A stretch of 64,000 nt of DNA from Squalus acanthias (taxonomy: Eukaryota): assembly GCA_030390025.1 (NCBI GenBank), contig CM059432.1:148678001-148742000 (forward strand), given 5' to 3'. The translations under genes and the position numbers were made by a program. This document shows positions 1 through 12,755 of the stretch, piece by piece. The notes beneath the pieces are model-generated. The model worked only from the letters and a program-made list of their open reading frames with translations, was not told where the DNA came from and did no database searches. Position 1 is the stretch's first letter; each line of letters opens with the position of its first letter.

Positions 1-192
1 GGGACAGAGATACAGGGAAAGAAAGGGATAGACAAGAGAGAGACAAGAGACCGACAGAGGGGTGGGAAAAGACAGAGAGAGTGAAAGAAAGGGAGACTAG
101 AGGAGGAGAGGAGAGAGAGAGAGACTTAAGAGAAAGGGAAACAGGTGAGAGAGAGAGAAAGGGGAGTGGGAAGAAAGGGGAGAGAGAGAGAG
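1..192. repeat. GA-rich purine low-complexity tract
   Basis: Almost purely A/G with (GA)n runs. Confidence 0.85.
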
Positions 193-679
193 ATTGCATT
201 CATCACCCCAGAAGTCAAGCAGCAAAATAAAAGCAGATACCACGACCAATCCAAGCAAACTCCAATATCAGACACTCAGGGACTGTCATGGGGGGTGGGG
301 GGCTGGCGGATACAGGTGCATAATAATTCATTTTCATTTCTTTACAGCAAGTAAAAATTTCCAAAAAGAAAATAAACGTAAACGCAACAAGTTGCTACAA
401 TCTTCGGAGTGAGTTGCTAGGCAGTGAGTTTTATGTTGTTGGGGCAGATTTTCTCTGATTTGATTCAATGTTAGAAGATTTTGAATAGTTGTTAGAATAG
501 TTAGCTGCACTTTTATGATACCCCTCCTGAGTGTTGCTTATTTTGTGAGATAAGTGTTAGTCAATCAGGAATAAAGGGAAAGGCAAGGAGAGCTAGTACG
601 GGAAATGTAATGCTGGCTCCCGGGTAACATAGATAATTGGCCATGTATATGGGTCTGTAATCGAGAGTCTAACCACCGA

Positions 680-1305
680 CCCTTGACATCGCTGAATCCC
701 CCACCATCAACATCCTACGGGTCACCATTGACCAGAAACTTAACTGGACCAGCCACATAAATACTGTGACAACAAGAGCAGGTCAGAGGCTAGGTATTCT
801 GCGGCGAGTGTCTCACCTCCTGACTCTCCAAAGTCTTTCCACCATCTACAAGGCACAAGTGAGGAGTGTGATGGAATACTCTCCACTTGCCTGGATGAGT
901 GCAGCTCCAACAACACTCGAGAAGCTCGACACCATCCAGGACAAAGCAGCCCGCTTGATTGGCACCCCATCCACCACCTTAAACATTTACTCCCTCCACC
1001 ACCGGCGTACCGTGGCTGCAGTGTGTACCATCTACAAGATGCACTGCAGCAACTCGCCAAGGCCACCACCACCTCCAAGTTCCCTTCCAAGTCACACACC
1101 ATCCTGTCTTGGAAGTATATCGCCGTTCCTTCATCGTCGCTGGGTCAAAATCCTGGAGCTCCCTCCCTAACAGCACTGTGGGAGCACCTTCACCACACAG
1201 ACTGCAGCGGTTCAAGAAGGCGGCTCACCACCACCTTCTCAAGGGCGACTAGGGATGGGCAATAAATGTCGGCCTTGCCAGCGACGCCCACATCCCATGA
1301 ATTAA
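680..1305 (+). mobile_element. 3' fragment of a CR1/L2-superfamily LINE (C-terminal RT region and 3' tail)
   Basis: Peptide RAGQRLGILRR..IYKAQVRSVMEYSPLAW..LDTIQDKAARLI..HHRRTVAA. The same tail (gggcaataaatg..gccagcgacgcccacatcccatga) recurs inverted at ~27835-27920 and ~61945-62018. Confidence 0.8.
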
Positions 1306-2161
1306 ATTTAATTAATTTGTGTCCATTAAATTGTGATATCTCATGCTCTAGTGAGCATAGCCATTAGATTCATGTCACAGCATTTCCATGCCGGTCTGTC
1401 CTGGCCTGTCTCCTTCCACCCTTTCTAAGGACCTCTCAAGACATCCAATCTATTCCATCAATCACACTGCAGTGGGATGGAAACACAATTTGACTGTTCC
1501 TTTATTTTTCACTCTTAAATTTTTGCACGATCTGTATGGAGTGACCTTGGTGAATGTGAGAAGTTTAAATCCATCCTGATTTTCACTTGGAGAAGCAGAC
1601 ACTGGGTCTTGAACCCCACCTATCGACATAAATATACCCACATAAATATGCAGTCATCTATTGCTGCTTAAAGGGAAGAACATTTAGGCGGAGATTATTT
1701 TGTGTTCAAAGTATTCCCCCAACATCTATGTCAACAACAAAAAAAATCGAAAAATATTCATTTTTAAACAAAATGTCGCATTTCCTACCACAAAGATTGT
1801 TGGATTTCCATTGTTCCGAGAGCTGTGGTGATATCACTAAAGGGGATGACTCACCTGTATCCCAGAGCAGCTTCATTTATTTTAAGGGAGGCCACAACTT
1901 CAGACCAGCCAATCCAACAGATGCTAACTCTCGGAGAACTTACTGCTCCAGAATGAACGCAGAGCGCAGCCTGCTAGTAGAATGTCTTCTTGCATTGGGT
2001 GGTACCAGGTTGGGTCTCAGTCTTGCGTGTGAAGCTGCTCCCCGAGCTGCCATAATGACAGGGCCTGACTCCAGCAGCTTACCTCTCTTAACAAATTGCA
2101 GGGCAGACACGCTGCCATCTGAATCAATGCCAGAAATCAGTGCCGCACGAAGTGAGTGAAG

Positions 2162-2933
2162 GGGCCAGAAATTCGGGTCCCCACGGGTGAGTACGCGCTG
2201 GGTACTCACCCGTAGACCCAACGAAAGTGCCGGTTTCGCGCATGCACTGTGCATGCGCTGGAAACCGGAACTTCCGCTCCCCTGAAGGAAGGGGTTCAGA
2301 GGTCGAATGCGTGCGCCGGAGAGGCAGCGCGCACGCAGCGAACTTTGGCTTTTTTTTCCAGGTTTCTCCGTGAGGGTAAGCATGGAGAAGCTGCGCGGGG
2401 AAAAAGGAGGCGCAAGGCCTGCTTTTAACAAGGTAAGTGGTGAATTAAGTACAATTTAAACATTTTTTCAACAGGTTTATCTTTTTTACATACTTTAAAG
2501 AAAGGTAAGTTTATTTTTAGCACCGTTAAAAAGTGTAATTAATTTTTTCAAAAATTTACATTTTTGTTTGTAGTAGTTAATTTATGTAATTTATAGTTAT
2601 TTTAAAAATGTGATTTTTAAAAAAAAAAATTTATTTGAAGTTTTAGTGAGGTTTTGGGGCCGATCTCTATTCATAGATTTGACTGGTCTTCTTCCTGTCA
2701 AAATCTATGAATGAAGATTCCCTGCTCCGATTGGCTCTCCATGGCCCACGTGATCCCAGGGGACGCTTTGAACTAACTGCGCCCCTGGGATACGCAAGCA
2801 CTGCGCGCCGGCAGCTGCAGGAGGCCCAGGAGCTGAATTCCACGCGGGCCCACAGCACAATGGCAGGCGCGGTTGGTAAGTACGCGCGCGATGCTTGCAC
2901 CCGCGGGAAGCCGGAGAGCCGAATTTCTGGCCC
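2162..2933 (+). mobile_element. Non-autonomous PIF/Harbinger-type MITE, family A copy 1
   Basis: 15-bp TIR GGGCCAGAAATTCGG...CCGAATTTCTGGCCC, GC-rich ends and AT-rich centre; homologous to 51932-52695 and 62390-63156. Confidence 0.85.
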
Positions 2934-3859
2934 AATACGCCGTATGATGTCGATACCCAGTGGCTGCGCCAGAAACGTATGTTGGTATCTGAGCAGTGGG
3001 CAACCGATCAGCACACCACGAGACAGTGCCTGTTTCGTCCAATGCAGCAATGTATTTTCAACATTAAGATCCTTTTCCTCTTCGGGTTATCACAGTTGAA
3101 TTAATCCCCCCAACGGTTTCTCCTTGTGCCTCTCAAACCTTGCCAGAGTTAATTGAGCGAGCTTAAAGCTGCTTTTACCTTTACCTTACAGGATTACTTG
3201 TGCCTACGGTTCCCAATGTACAGGTCTGGCACACCAAACCCAACATAAACCTGCCAGATATGCTAACACCCAGTAAAAATGGGAATCGATATTCATTGAA
3301 TACTTTGAACAAAAACTCTCTCAGATGTTTCTTCCCTTTTAAATATTATTTACCATCGCAGAAACTTGCGTTAGGACCGTAATGAAAAGACTTGATAAGG
3401 CTCGAGTATATGCACAGAGCACTGATGGATACCCTGCCTGTATCTGGGTGGTTATCTCAGTCTGACAACTGTAATCATGTATGAAGCCTCCTCGTGGAGA
3501 TTGCCATCTCAGATTTGTGCTGTATCGACATGAAGCAGCTTAACTTCTACACTGATGAGAAACAGACTGTGTGTAGTTTTACTAAGGCCCAGTTGTGCGA
3601 GACTGTGGATTGCACTACCAGAGTTAGTGATTGAAGCAGAGGCCATATCTACATTTAAGAATAGGTTAGCTAAGTAGTTAAAGAGATATCAAGAATATCT
3701 TGAACATTTTCATCTGATCAGAGAGAGCCAGCATGGATTTGTAAAGGGTAGGTCATGCCTGATGAACCCGAGTGAACTTTTTGAAGAGGTGATTAAAGTA
3801 GTGGACAGGGGAATGTCTATGGTAGTTATTTATATGGATCTCCAAAAGGCATTCGATGA

Positions 3860-3980
3860 CAACAACAGAAAATACTGGAAACGCTCAGCAGGTCAGGCAG
3901 CATCGTGGAGAGAGAAACAGAGTTAACGTTTCAGGTCGATGACCCTTCGTCAGAACTGGAAAAAGGTTGGAGAAGTAAGA
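3860..3980 (-). mobile_element. Penelope-like element terminus (family B, single arm) with hammerhead-like motif at 3921-3957
   Basis: Minus strand reads AGTT-CTGACGA-A-GGGTC-ATC-GACCT-GAAA-CGTT-AACT; homologous to the arms of 6870-7120; interrupts a CR1. Confidence 0.75.
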
Positions 3981-4751
3981 GGTATTTGATAAAGTCCCTC
4001 ATAAGAGACTGTTTGCTAAAGTTCAAGCTCATGGAATTGAGGGCAAATTATTGACCTGGTTAGGAGATTGGCTGAGCGACAGGAGACAGAGAGTAGGGAT
4101 AATGGGCAGGTATCGAATTGGCAGGATGTGACTGGTGGTGTCCCGCAAAGATTTGTGTTGAGGCCTCAATTTTTCACTGTATTTATTATCAACTTAGATG
4201 ATGGGATAGTGAACCACATATCCAAGTTTGCCAATGACACAAAGATAGTTGGTATTGTAGGCAGTGTAGATGGAAGCATAAAATTACAAAGAGATATTGA
4301 TAGATTAAGTGAATGGGCAAAACTGTGGCAAATGGATTACAATATAGGCAAGTTTGAGGTCATCCACTTTGGACCTATAAAGGAACTTTTTAAATGGTAA
4401 AAAGCTAGAAACAGTGGAGGCCCAAAGAGACTTAAGGGTCCATGTACATAGATCATTAAAATGTCATGGACAGGTACAGAAAATAATCAAAAAGGTTAAT
4501 GGAATGCTGACCTTTATATCTAGAGGACTAGAATACAAGGGGGTATAAGTTATGCTGCAGCTATACAAACCCTGGTTAGACCACACCTGGAGCACTGTGA
4601 GCAGTTCTGGGCACCACACCTTAGGAAGGATATATTGGCCTTGGAGAGAGTGCAGTATAGATTTACTAGAATGATACCCGGACTCCAAGGGTTAAATTAC
4701 AAGGCGAGATTACACAAACTAGGCTTGTATTCCCTGAAATTTAGAAGATTT

Positions 4752-5265
4752 CAACAACAACAACTTGTATTTATACAGCGCCTTTAACATAGTAAAACGT
4801 CCCAAGGTGCTTAACAGGAGTATTTTAAGACAAAAAATTTGGCACCGAGCCACATAAGGATAAATTAGGGCAGGTGACCAAAAGCTTGGTCAAAGAGGTA
4901 GGTTTTAAGGAGCGTCTTAAAGGCGGAAGAGAGAGGTAGCGAGGCGGAGAGGTTTAGGCCGGGAATTCCAGAGCTTAGGGCCCAGGCAACAGAAGGCACG
5001 GCCACCAATGGTGGAGCGATTATAATCAGGGATGCTCAAGAGGGCAGAATGAGATGAGCGCAGATATCTCGTGGGGTTGTGGGGTTGAAGCAGATTAGAG
5101 ATAGGGAGGGGCGAGGCCACGGAGGGATTTGAAAACAAGGATGAGAATTTTGAAATCAAGGCGCTGCTTAATCAGGAGCCAATGTAGGTCAGAGAGCACA
5201 GGGGTGATGGGTGAACGGGACTTGGTGCGAGTTAGGACATGGGCAGCCGAGTTTTGGATGACCTC
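4752..5265 (-). mobile_element. L2 LINE 3' fragment
   Basis: GGRAFCCLGPKLWNS peptide and aaggcgctgtataaatacaagttgttgttg tail; homologous to 36905-37410. Confidence 0.85.
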
Positions 5266-6869
5266 GTATTTCGGGTGATTTGATTGACGTTTTCAAGATA
5301 TTGGGGTAGATAGAGAGAAACTATTTCTGCTGGTTGGGGAGTCTGGGACTAGGGGACATAGCCTAAAAATTAGAGCCAGGTCTTTCAGGAGTGAAGTTAG
5401 GAAACACTTGTACACACAAAGGATGGTAGAAGTTTGAAACTCTCTTCCGCAAACAGCAGCTGAAGCTGGCTCAGTTGTTAATTTTAAATCGGAGATTGAT
5501 AGATTTCATGTTAACCAAAGGTATTAAGGGACACGGGGCAAAGCCGGGTATATGGAGTTAGGTCGCAGATCAGCCAAGATCTCATTGAATGGCGGAACAG
5601 GCTCGAGGGGCTGAATGGCCTCCGCCTGTTCCTGTATGGGAACAGGGTGGGCACATGGGATTAGGACCACTGCTCATGTGGCGGATGAACACCAAACCGT
5701 TAGGCTAAACGGCTGTTTCCATGCGGTAATTCCTATAATTTCCTCCCATTGATGGCTTTGAGATGAGCACAATGATGTCTCACAAGGGAGAACGGTAACG
5801 TGACACTGTTTTCATAAAAATCAAAGGACGCAATGTTCCATGTTTTTTATTTTAATCAGAATTCCTCTAATTTAACAGGATTGTGTTTTGTTTTGCTTCC
5901 AGCTACCTTTATACTTTCCAGCTGTATCCTGCAACATGTTTTCGATAAGATGAAGGGACATTCAGAACTAACAGAGCTACACAGGTACGTACATTAGAAA
6001 TAAAGGCCACCCCTCCAGACAGAAGCACAACTATAGATGTTCCTAATTTGTGTACAAGTGTAATTTAATGGTTCTGAAAGTAAAGGTAATTATTATAAAT
6101 TGGGAAGAGTAGAGGGGGTGGGAAGGGAAGATAAGGCCCTTTTATACTGTTCTTCGACTGCTGCCCACAGGAGCACTGGCTGCGTATCACCCCTCCCCCA
6201 CATTCCTGCTAGCATAAAGCTCTATTCTTCCTGTAACAGAGGATTCTTCATTCTTGCTAGTAATTTCAAGTAGCCACACTCAAAGCTTGAATTCCTGTGG
6301 CAAGAGGACCAAGGGCTTGCTTCTGGTTTTTTTTAATTTAATTTTCCTAAAAAGCAGTCACGGCACACGTATAATTCTGAAGTCTGTTTGCAGACAGCAG
6401 CTTGGGGCCAGTTTTGCTACACTTCCAAGCCCCGGTGTTTATGATGATCCACCTCCTCCTACTTCAAAGAAATCAGATGCATAGAAACTGCAGTACAGGG
6501 TGAGGCCATTCGGCCCGTCGTGTTGGTGGCGGTACCAGCTCTTCAGCTGCAGCTATCCATTCTGGTTGGGGAGGGCTCAGGCAGAAATAAAAACAGAAGT
6601 GAAAATAGGCTAAGGATGATGTTCGAATATTTTATTCATATGGTTTCAAACTAAATAGTCATCACTGAGCTGCAGACACTACAGCATGAGGGTGAGTGTC
6701 AGTGGTAGGAGGGGGAAGTTGAGTCTTGTCTCTGCGTGTGAACAAAGAGACAGTTTGGAAGCGAAAAGGCAGGAAATTATGAAGTTTCAAAACTACAACA
6801 ACACCCAAGTCAAGAGAATCAGACACCTAGATACAGTTGCCAAGACACCTACGTAGCACAGTAACTGAT

Positions 6870-7120
6870 AGCAAAATACTGCGGATGCTGGAAATCCGAA
6901 ATAACAACAGAAAACGCTGGAAAAACTCAGCAGGCCAGGCAGCATCCGTGGAGAGAGAAACAGAGTTAACGTTTCAGGTCGAAGACCTTTCGTCAGAACT
7001 GGAAAAAAGCTTTTTTCCAGTTCTGACGAAAGGTCTTCGACCTGAAGCGTTGACTCTGTCTCTCTCTCCACGGATGCTGCCTGGCCTGCTGAGTATTTCC
7101 AGCATTTTCTGTTGTTATTT
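6870..7120. mobile_element. Palindromic PLE-derived element (family B): two 111-bp inverted arms plus ~29-bp one-sided tail, 16-bp TSD
   Basis: Arms 6899-7009 and 7010-7120 with no spacer; TSD TAGCACAGTAACTGAT at 6854-6869 and 7121-7136. Confidence 0.88.
6964..7000 (-). ncRNA. Minimal type I hammerhead-ribozyme motif (family B)
   Basis: AGUU-CUGACGA-A-AGGUC-UUC-GACCU-GAAA-C-GUU-AACU: core boxes, 5-bp stem II, stem I AGUU/AACU and palindromic AACGUU. Confidence 0.7.
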
Positions 7121-7334
7121 TAGCACAGTAACTGATTGCATTGAAAGACTGCCAAGGCAGATAACACACAAGGCCATCAGAAACAGATAAGAGGAGTGCC
7201 TACACATTCCAAAGGATATGTATGTTCAGCCCAAGGCAGCCGATTAGTATAAAGGTAAAGTATTCTCCATCCAAAAGTTAGACTTCTCGGGCAGTCGGAA
7301 GTCCACAGCTGAGCAGGCAGCCTAGAGAGCCAGA

Positions 7335-9240
7335 ATCATAGACATTTACAGCACAGAAGGAGGCCATTCGGCCCATCTTGTCGACCCACGGGCCGACCGA
7401 CAAAGAGCTATCCAGCCTAATCCCACTTTCCAGCATTTAGTCCGTAGCCTTGTAGGTTACGGCACTTCAAGTGCATATCCAAGTACTTTTTAAATGTGAT
7501 GAGGGTCTCTGCCTCTGCCACCCTTTCAGGCAGTGAGTTCCAGACCCCCACCACCCTCTGGGTGAAAACATTTCTCAAATCCCCTCTAAACCTCCGACCA
7601 ATTACTTTAAATCTGTGCCCCCTGGTTATTGACCTCTCTGCTAAGGGAAATAGGTCCTTCCTATCCACTCTATCTAGGCCCCTCATAATTTTATACACCT
7701 CAATTAAGTCTCCCCTCAGCCTCCTCTGTTCCAAAGAAAACAACCCCAGCCTATCCAATCTTTCCTCATAGCTAAAATTCCCCAGCCCAGGCAACATCCT
7801 CGTAAATCTCCTCTGCACTCTCTCTAGTGCAATCACATCCTTCTTGTAATGTGGTGACCAGAACTGCACGCAGTATTCTAGCTGTGGCCTAACTAGGGTT
7901 TTATACAGTTCAATCATAACCCCCCTGCTCTTGTATTCTATGCCTCGGTTAATAAAGGCAAGTATCCCATATGCCTTCTTAACCACCTTATCTACCTGTC
8001 CTGATACCTTCAGGAATCTGTGGACATGCACTCCAAATTCCCTCTGATCTTCTGCACTTCTCAGTGTCCTACCATTTAATGCGTATTCCCTTGCCTTGTT
8101 AGCCCTCCCCAAATGCATTACCTCACACTTCTGCAGATTGAATTCCATTTGCCACTGTTCTGTCCACCTGACCAGTCCACTGATATCTTCCTGCAGTCTA
8201 CAGCTTCTTCTCAGTATCAACCACACAGCCAATTTTTGTATCATCTGCAAACTTCTTAATCATACTTCCTACATTCAAGTCCAAATCATTGATATATACC
8301 ACAAAAAGCAAAGGACCCAGTACTGAGCCCTGCGGAACCCTACTGGAAACAGCCTTCCAGTCACAAAAACACCCTTCGCCCATTACCCTTTGTTTCCTGC
8401 CTCTGAGCAAATTTTGGATCCAACTTGCCACTTTGCCTTGGATCCCATGGGCTTTTACTTTCGTGACCAGTCTGCCATGCGGGACCTCATCAAAAGCCTT
8501 GCTAAAATCCATATAGACTACATCAAATACACTACCCTCATCGACCCTCCTTGTTACCTCCTCAAAAAATTTAATCACGTTAGTCAGACACGACCTTCCC
8601 TTAACAAATTCATGCTGTTTGTCCCTAATTAATCCGTGCCTTTCTAAATGAAGATTTATCCTGTCCCTCAGAATTTTTTCCAATAATTTTCCCACCACCG
8701 AGGTTAGGCTGACTGCCCTGTAATTACTCGGTCTATCCCTTTCTCCCTTTTTAAACAACGGTACCACGTTAGCAGTCCTCCAGTCCTCTGGCACCACACC
8801 TGTAGCCAGAGAGGATTGGAAAATGATGGTCAGAGCTTCTGCTATTTCTTCTCTTACTTTTCTTAACAGTCTGCATCGTCCCTCTCTTTTGTGAAAACAG
8901 ATGCAAAGTATTCATTAAGAACCATACCCATGTCTTCCGCTTCCACACACAGGTAACCTTTATGGTCCCCAATAGGCCCCACTCTTGCTTTAGTTATCCT
9001 CTTGCTCTTAATGTATTTATAAAACATCTTTGGGTTTTCTTTGATTTTACTTGACAATATTTTTTCATGCCCTCTCTTTGCTTTCCTGATTTCCTTTTTA
9101 ATTTCACCCCTGCACTTTCTATACTCCTCTAGGGTTTCTGCAGTATTGAGTACCTCGGTATCTGTCATAAGCTTCCCTTTTTTTCTTTATCCTACCCTGT
9201 ATGCCCCTTGACATCCAGGGAGCTCTAGATTTGTTACACT
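7335..9240 (-). mobile_element. CR1 LINE, 5'-truncated, ORF2 RT with frameshifts
   Basis: ORFs 8863-9168, 8198-8797 and 7417-8250 contain [35 protein letters not shown] and RPQLEYCVQFWSP. Confidence 0.95.
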
Positions 9241-9465
9241 GGACCTAGGAACTAGGTTGTATTACTTGCTTGTAATTTAGTGTAATCAGAAGACAGTTGT
9301 ATTATAAAACCGTTAAGTCAATATATATAAAAACTTGTTATTGAATAAATCACTCGGGCCTGAATCACACAGAAGTTATTCGTGTGACAGTAACCATGGT
9401 AGAAAGCAACTGTCAGAGGGAAAAAAGGATGAGAGCAAAGTCCAGATCATAGTGTTAAAGGTAAT

Positions 9466-10130
9466 GGCCCGGATTTTCCTTTCTCTATGACAGCATAGGT
9501 CGTAAGCCTTGCAAAAGGCCCAAGTTCCAGGTTTCCACATGCACTGCGCATGCGCGAAAGCCCGGAATTTGCGATCTGTCAAGGTTGTCACTGACCCAAA
9601 AATCACTTCCGCTGACGCAGACTTGGGTTAAATGTTAAATTAAAAAATTTTAAATCAAAAAAAAAATCATACACAAACATTTTAAATTAGTTTATCTAAA
9701 TTTTGGCCCTGATTAGAATGTTTAAGATTATTCTCCAAAAAAATTAAATTTTTATTGTAAATGCTTCACTAAAGGGACTTTTAATTAAATTTGAAAATGG
9801 GAACATTTATTTTTATTCCAGTTGCGTAAATTATTTAGTTATTTGGGGATTGGGTTCATGCTTGTGGGGATTCCATTCGTAAATCGAATTCCCATAAGCG
9901 TATGAGGAATCCTCCTTTCTGATAGGAGGACCTGGCCCACGTGATCCCAGGGGCTCTTCCAAACCGCCTGCGTCCCCGGGATCCGTGGGTCCATACGCAG
10001 GTGTACGCCCGCAGGCCCAGGACCCGAGGTCTCCGAAGCCCGGGAGCCTGAAGGTAGGTGCGGATTTTTTTTTAAAAATCGGGTCGGAGGCCTACTCCAG
10101 AGGTACACCTCCGACTGCAAATTCTGGCCC
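9466..10130. mobile_element. Harbinger-type MITE related to family A, TSD AAT
   Basis: Ends GGCCCGGATTTT and AAATTCTGGCCC with AAT on both sides; shares catgcactgcgcatgcgc and ggcccacgtgatcccaggg blocks with family A. Confidence 0.75.
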
Positions 10131-10159
10131 AATATGAATACTTCATAAAATTCTACAAG

Positions 10160-12752
10160 ACAGAAATAGGCTATTCCACACAGCAGGTCTGTGTCGGTGT
10201 TTCTGCTCCACACGAGCCTCCTCCACCTTACTTCACCTCACCCCATCAACATTTCCTTCTATTCCTTTCTCCCTCATGTATTTATCTAGCTTCCCCTTAA
10301 ATGGATCAATGCTATTCACTTCAACCACTCCCTGTGGGAGCGAGTTCCACATTCTCACCACTCTCTGAGTAAAGAGGTTTCTCCTGAATTCCTTACTGCA
10401 TTTATTGGTGACTGTCTTCTATCTATGGTCCTTAGTTGTGGACTCCCCCCACAAGTGGAAACATCCTCTCTACGTCGACCCTGTCAAACCCCTTCAGAAT
10501 TGTAAAGACCTCCATCAGGTCACCTCTCAGTCTTCTCCTTTCTGGAGCAAAGAACCCCAGCCGGTTCCGTCTTTACTGATAGTCGTATCCTCTCTTTTCT
10601 GGTATCACCCTTGTAAATATATATTGCACTTTCTGCAGTGCTTCTATATCCTTGTTGGAATATGGAGGCCAGAACTGTGCAGAGTACTCTAACTGTGGTC
10701 TAACCATGGTTCTATAGAAGTTTAGCATAACTTCGCTGCTTTTGAATTCTATTCCTCTACAAACTTTTAAAGGGGAATTGGATCTCTACTTAAAAATGAA
10801 AAAAATTACAAGGTTATGGGGAAAGAGCAGTGGAGTGGGACTAATTGGTAGCTTTTTCAGAGAGCCAGCACAGGCACGATGGGCCGAATGCCCTCCTTCT
10901 GTGTTGTATGATTCTATTCTATGAAATGATCCCCAGTGCTTTGTTTGTATTTTTTATGGCTTTGTTGACCTGCATTGCTACTTTTAAATGGAGAGAGACT
11001 ACAGAATGCTGCGGTACAGAGGGATCTGGGTGTCCTCTGTAGAGTGTAGAGTGTCAGCTGTGGCTCAGTGGGTAGCACACTCACCTCTGAGTCAGAATGT
11101 TGTGGGTTCAAGTCCCACTCCAGAGACTTGAGCACATAAAGTCTAGGCTGACACTCCCTGCTGAGGGAGTGCTGCACTGTCAGAGATGCCGTCTTTTGGA
11201 TGAGACATTAAACCGAGGCCCCGTCTGCTCTCTCAGGTGGACGTAAAAGATCCCATGGCACTATTTCAAAGAAGAGCAGGGGAGTTATCCCCAGTGTCCT
11301 GGCCAATATTTATCCCTCAACCAACATAACAAAAACAGATTATCTGGTCATTATCACATTGCTGTTTGTGGGAGCTTGCTGTGTGCAAATTGGCTGCTGC
11401 GTTTCCTACATTACAACAGTGACTATACTTCAAAAAGTACTTAATTTGCTGTAAAACGCTTTGAGACGTCCGGTGGTCATGAAAGGCGCTATATAAATGC
11501 AGGTACAGCAAGTAATTAGCAAGGCAAATGGAATATTGGCCTTGATTGCAAGGGGGATAGAGTATAAAAGTAGGGAAGTCTTGCTACAACTGTACAGGGC
11601 GTTGGTGAAACCACACCTGGAGTACTGTGTACAGTTTTGGTCTCCTTATTTAAGGAAGGATATACTTGCATTGGAGGCAGTTCAGAGAAGGTTCACGAGG
11701 TTGATTCCTGGGATGAAGGGGTTGTCTTATGAAGGCAGGTTGGGCCTATACGCATTGGAGTTTAGAAGAATGAGAGGTGATCTTATTGAAACATATAAGA
11801 TTCTGAGGGGGCTTGACAAGGTAGATGCAGGGAGGATGTTTCCCCTCGTGGGGGAATCTAGAACTAGGGGGCATAGTTTCAGAATAAGGGGTCGCCCATT
11901 TAAAACGGAGATGAGGAGGAATTTCTTCTCTAAGAGGGTCGTGAATCTTTGGACTTCTCTACCCCAGAGAGCTGTGGAGGCTGGGTCATTGAATATATTC
12001 AAGGCAGAGAGAGACAGATTTTTGAAAAACAGGGGAATCAAGGGTAATGGGGAGTGGGCAGAAAAGTGGAGTTGAGGCCAAGATCAGATCAGCCATGATC
12101 TTATTGAATGGCGGAGCAGGCTCGAGGGGCCAAATGACCGGCTCCTGCTCCTACGTCTTATGTTCTTATGTTCTTAATGATTTGTGAACCTGTATCGCTA
12201 GATGCTTTTGTGCCTCTACCCCATTTAGGCTCTTATTTTCCAAGGAGTAGGTGGCCTCCTTATTCATCCTACCAAAATGCACCACCTCACACTATAATGA
12301 TATAATGAAATCCATTTGCCGTTTAAACACACATGCTGCAAGTTTGTTAATGTCTTCTTGTATTTTGTCTCAGTCTTTGTCAGTATTAACTATACCCCAC
12401 CCCCCCCGTTTCATGTCATCCACAAATGTTGATATTGTACTTCTGATTCCCGAGTCCAAATCATTTATGGAAATGGTGAACAAAAGTGGTCCTAGCATTG
12501 ATCCCTGTGGAACACCACTTCCCACCTTCTGTGAGTCTGAGTAATTACCTTTAACCCCAACTCTCTAATAGTTATATCCTCTCTTTTCTGGTATCATCTT
12601 TGTAAATCTTTTCTGCACTTTTTCCAGTGCTTCTATACTGTTTTGTAGCCAGTTTGTCAACCATTCTGCTACTTGTCCCCTGATTCCACATGATCTGGCC
12701 TTAATCATGATGCTACTATATGATACCTTAGCAAAGGCCTTTTTGAAAGTCC
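10160..12752 (-). mobile_element. Old CR1 LINE hosting nested plus-strand CR1 fragments (10760-10925, 10984-12175) and a SINE
   Basis: Minus-strand RT remnants are continuous across the insertions; nested ORF 11497-12075 is the CR1 C-terminus. Confidence 0.75.
11053..11500 (+). mobile_element. tRNA-derived Deu-SINE (SacSINE1/AmnSINE1-like) with L2-type tail
   Basis: A box tggctcagtgggtag, B box ggttcaagtcc, central taaaagatcccatggcactatt..gaagagcagggg block, tail aaggcgctatataaatgca. Confidence 0.8.
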
Positions 12753-12755
12753 AAG

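Larger units (their letters stand above)
3720..5635 (+). mobile_element. Decayed CR1 LINE (RT to 3' UTR) interrupted by a PLE terminus and an L2 fragment
   Basis: QHGFVKGRSC, GVPQ and KFANDTK motifs; CR1 tail ggctcgaggggctgaatggcc. Confidence 0.85.

Noticed and set aside
1728..2159. 143-aa plus-strand ORF
   Set aside because: No recognisable domain or splice pattern, and it does not match the expected next ITGA9 exon on either strand.
11053..11130. tRNA genes here and at 35573-35645
   Set aside because: They are SINE heads that continue into Deu or V domains and LINE-derived tails.
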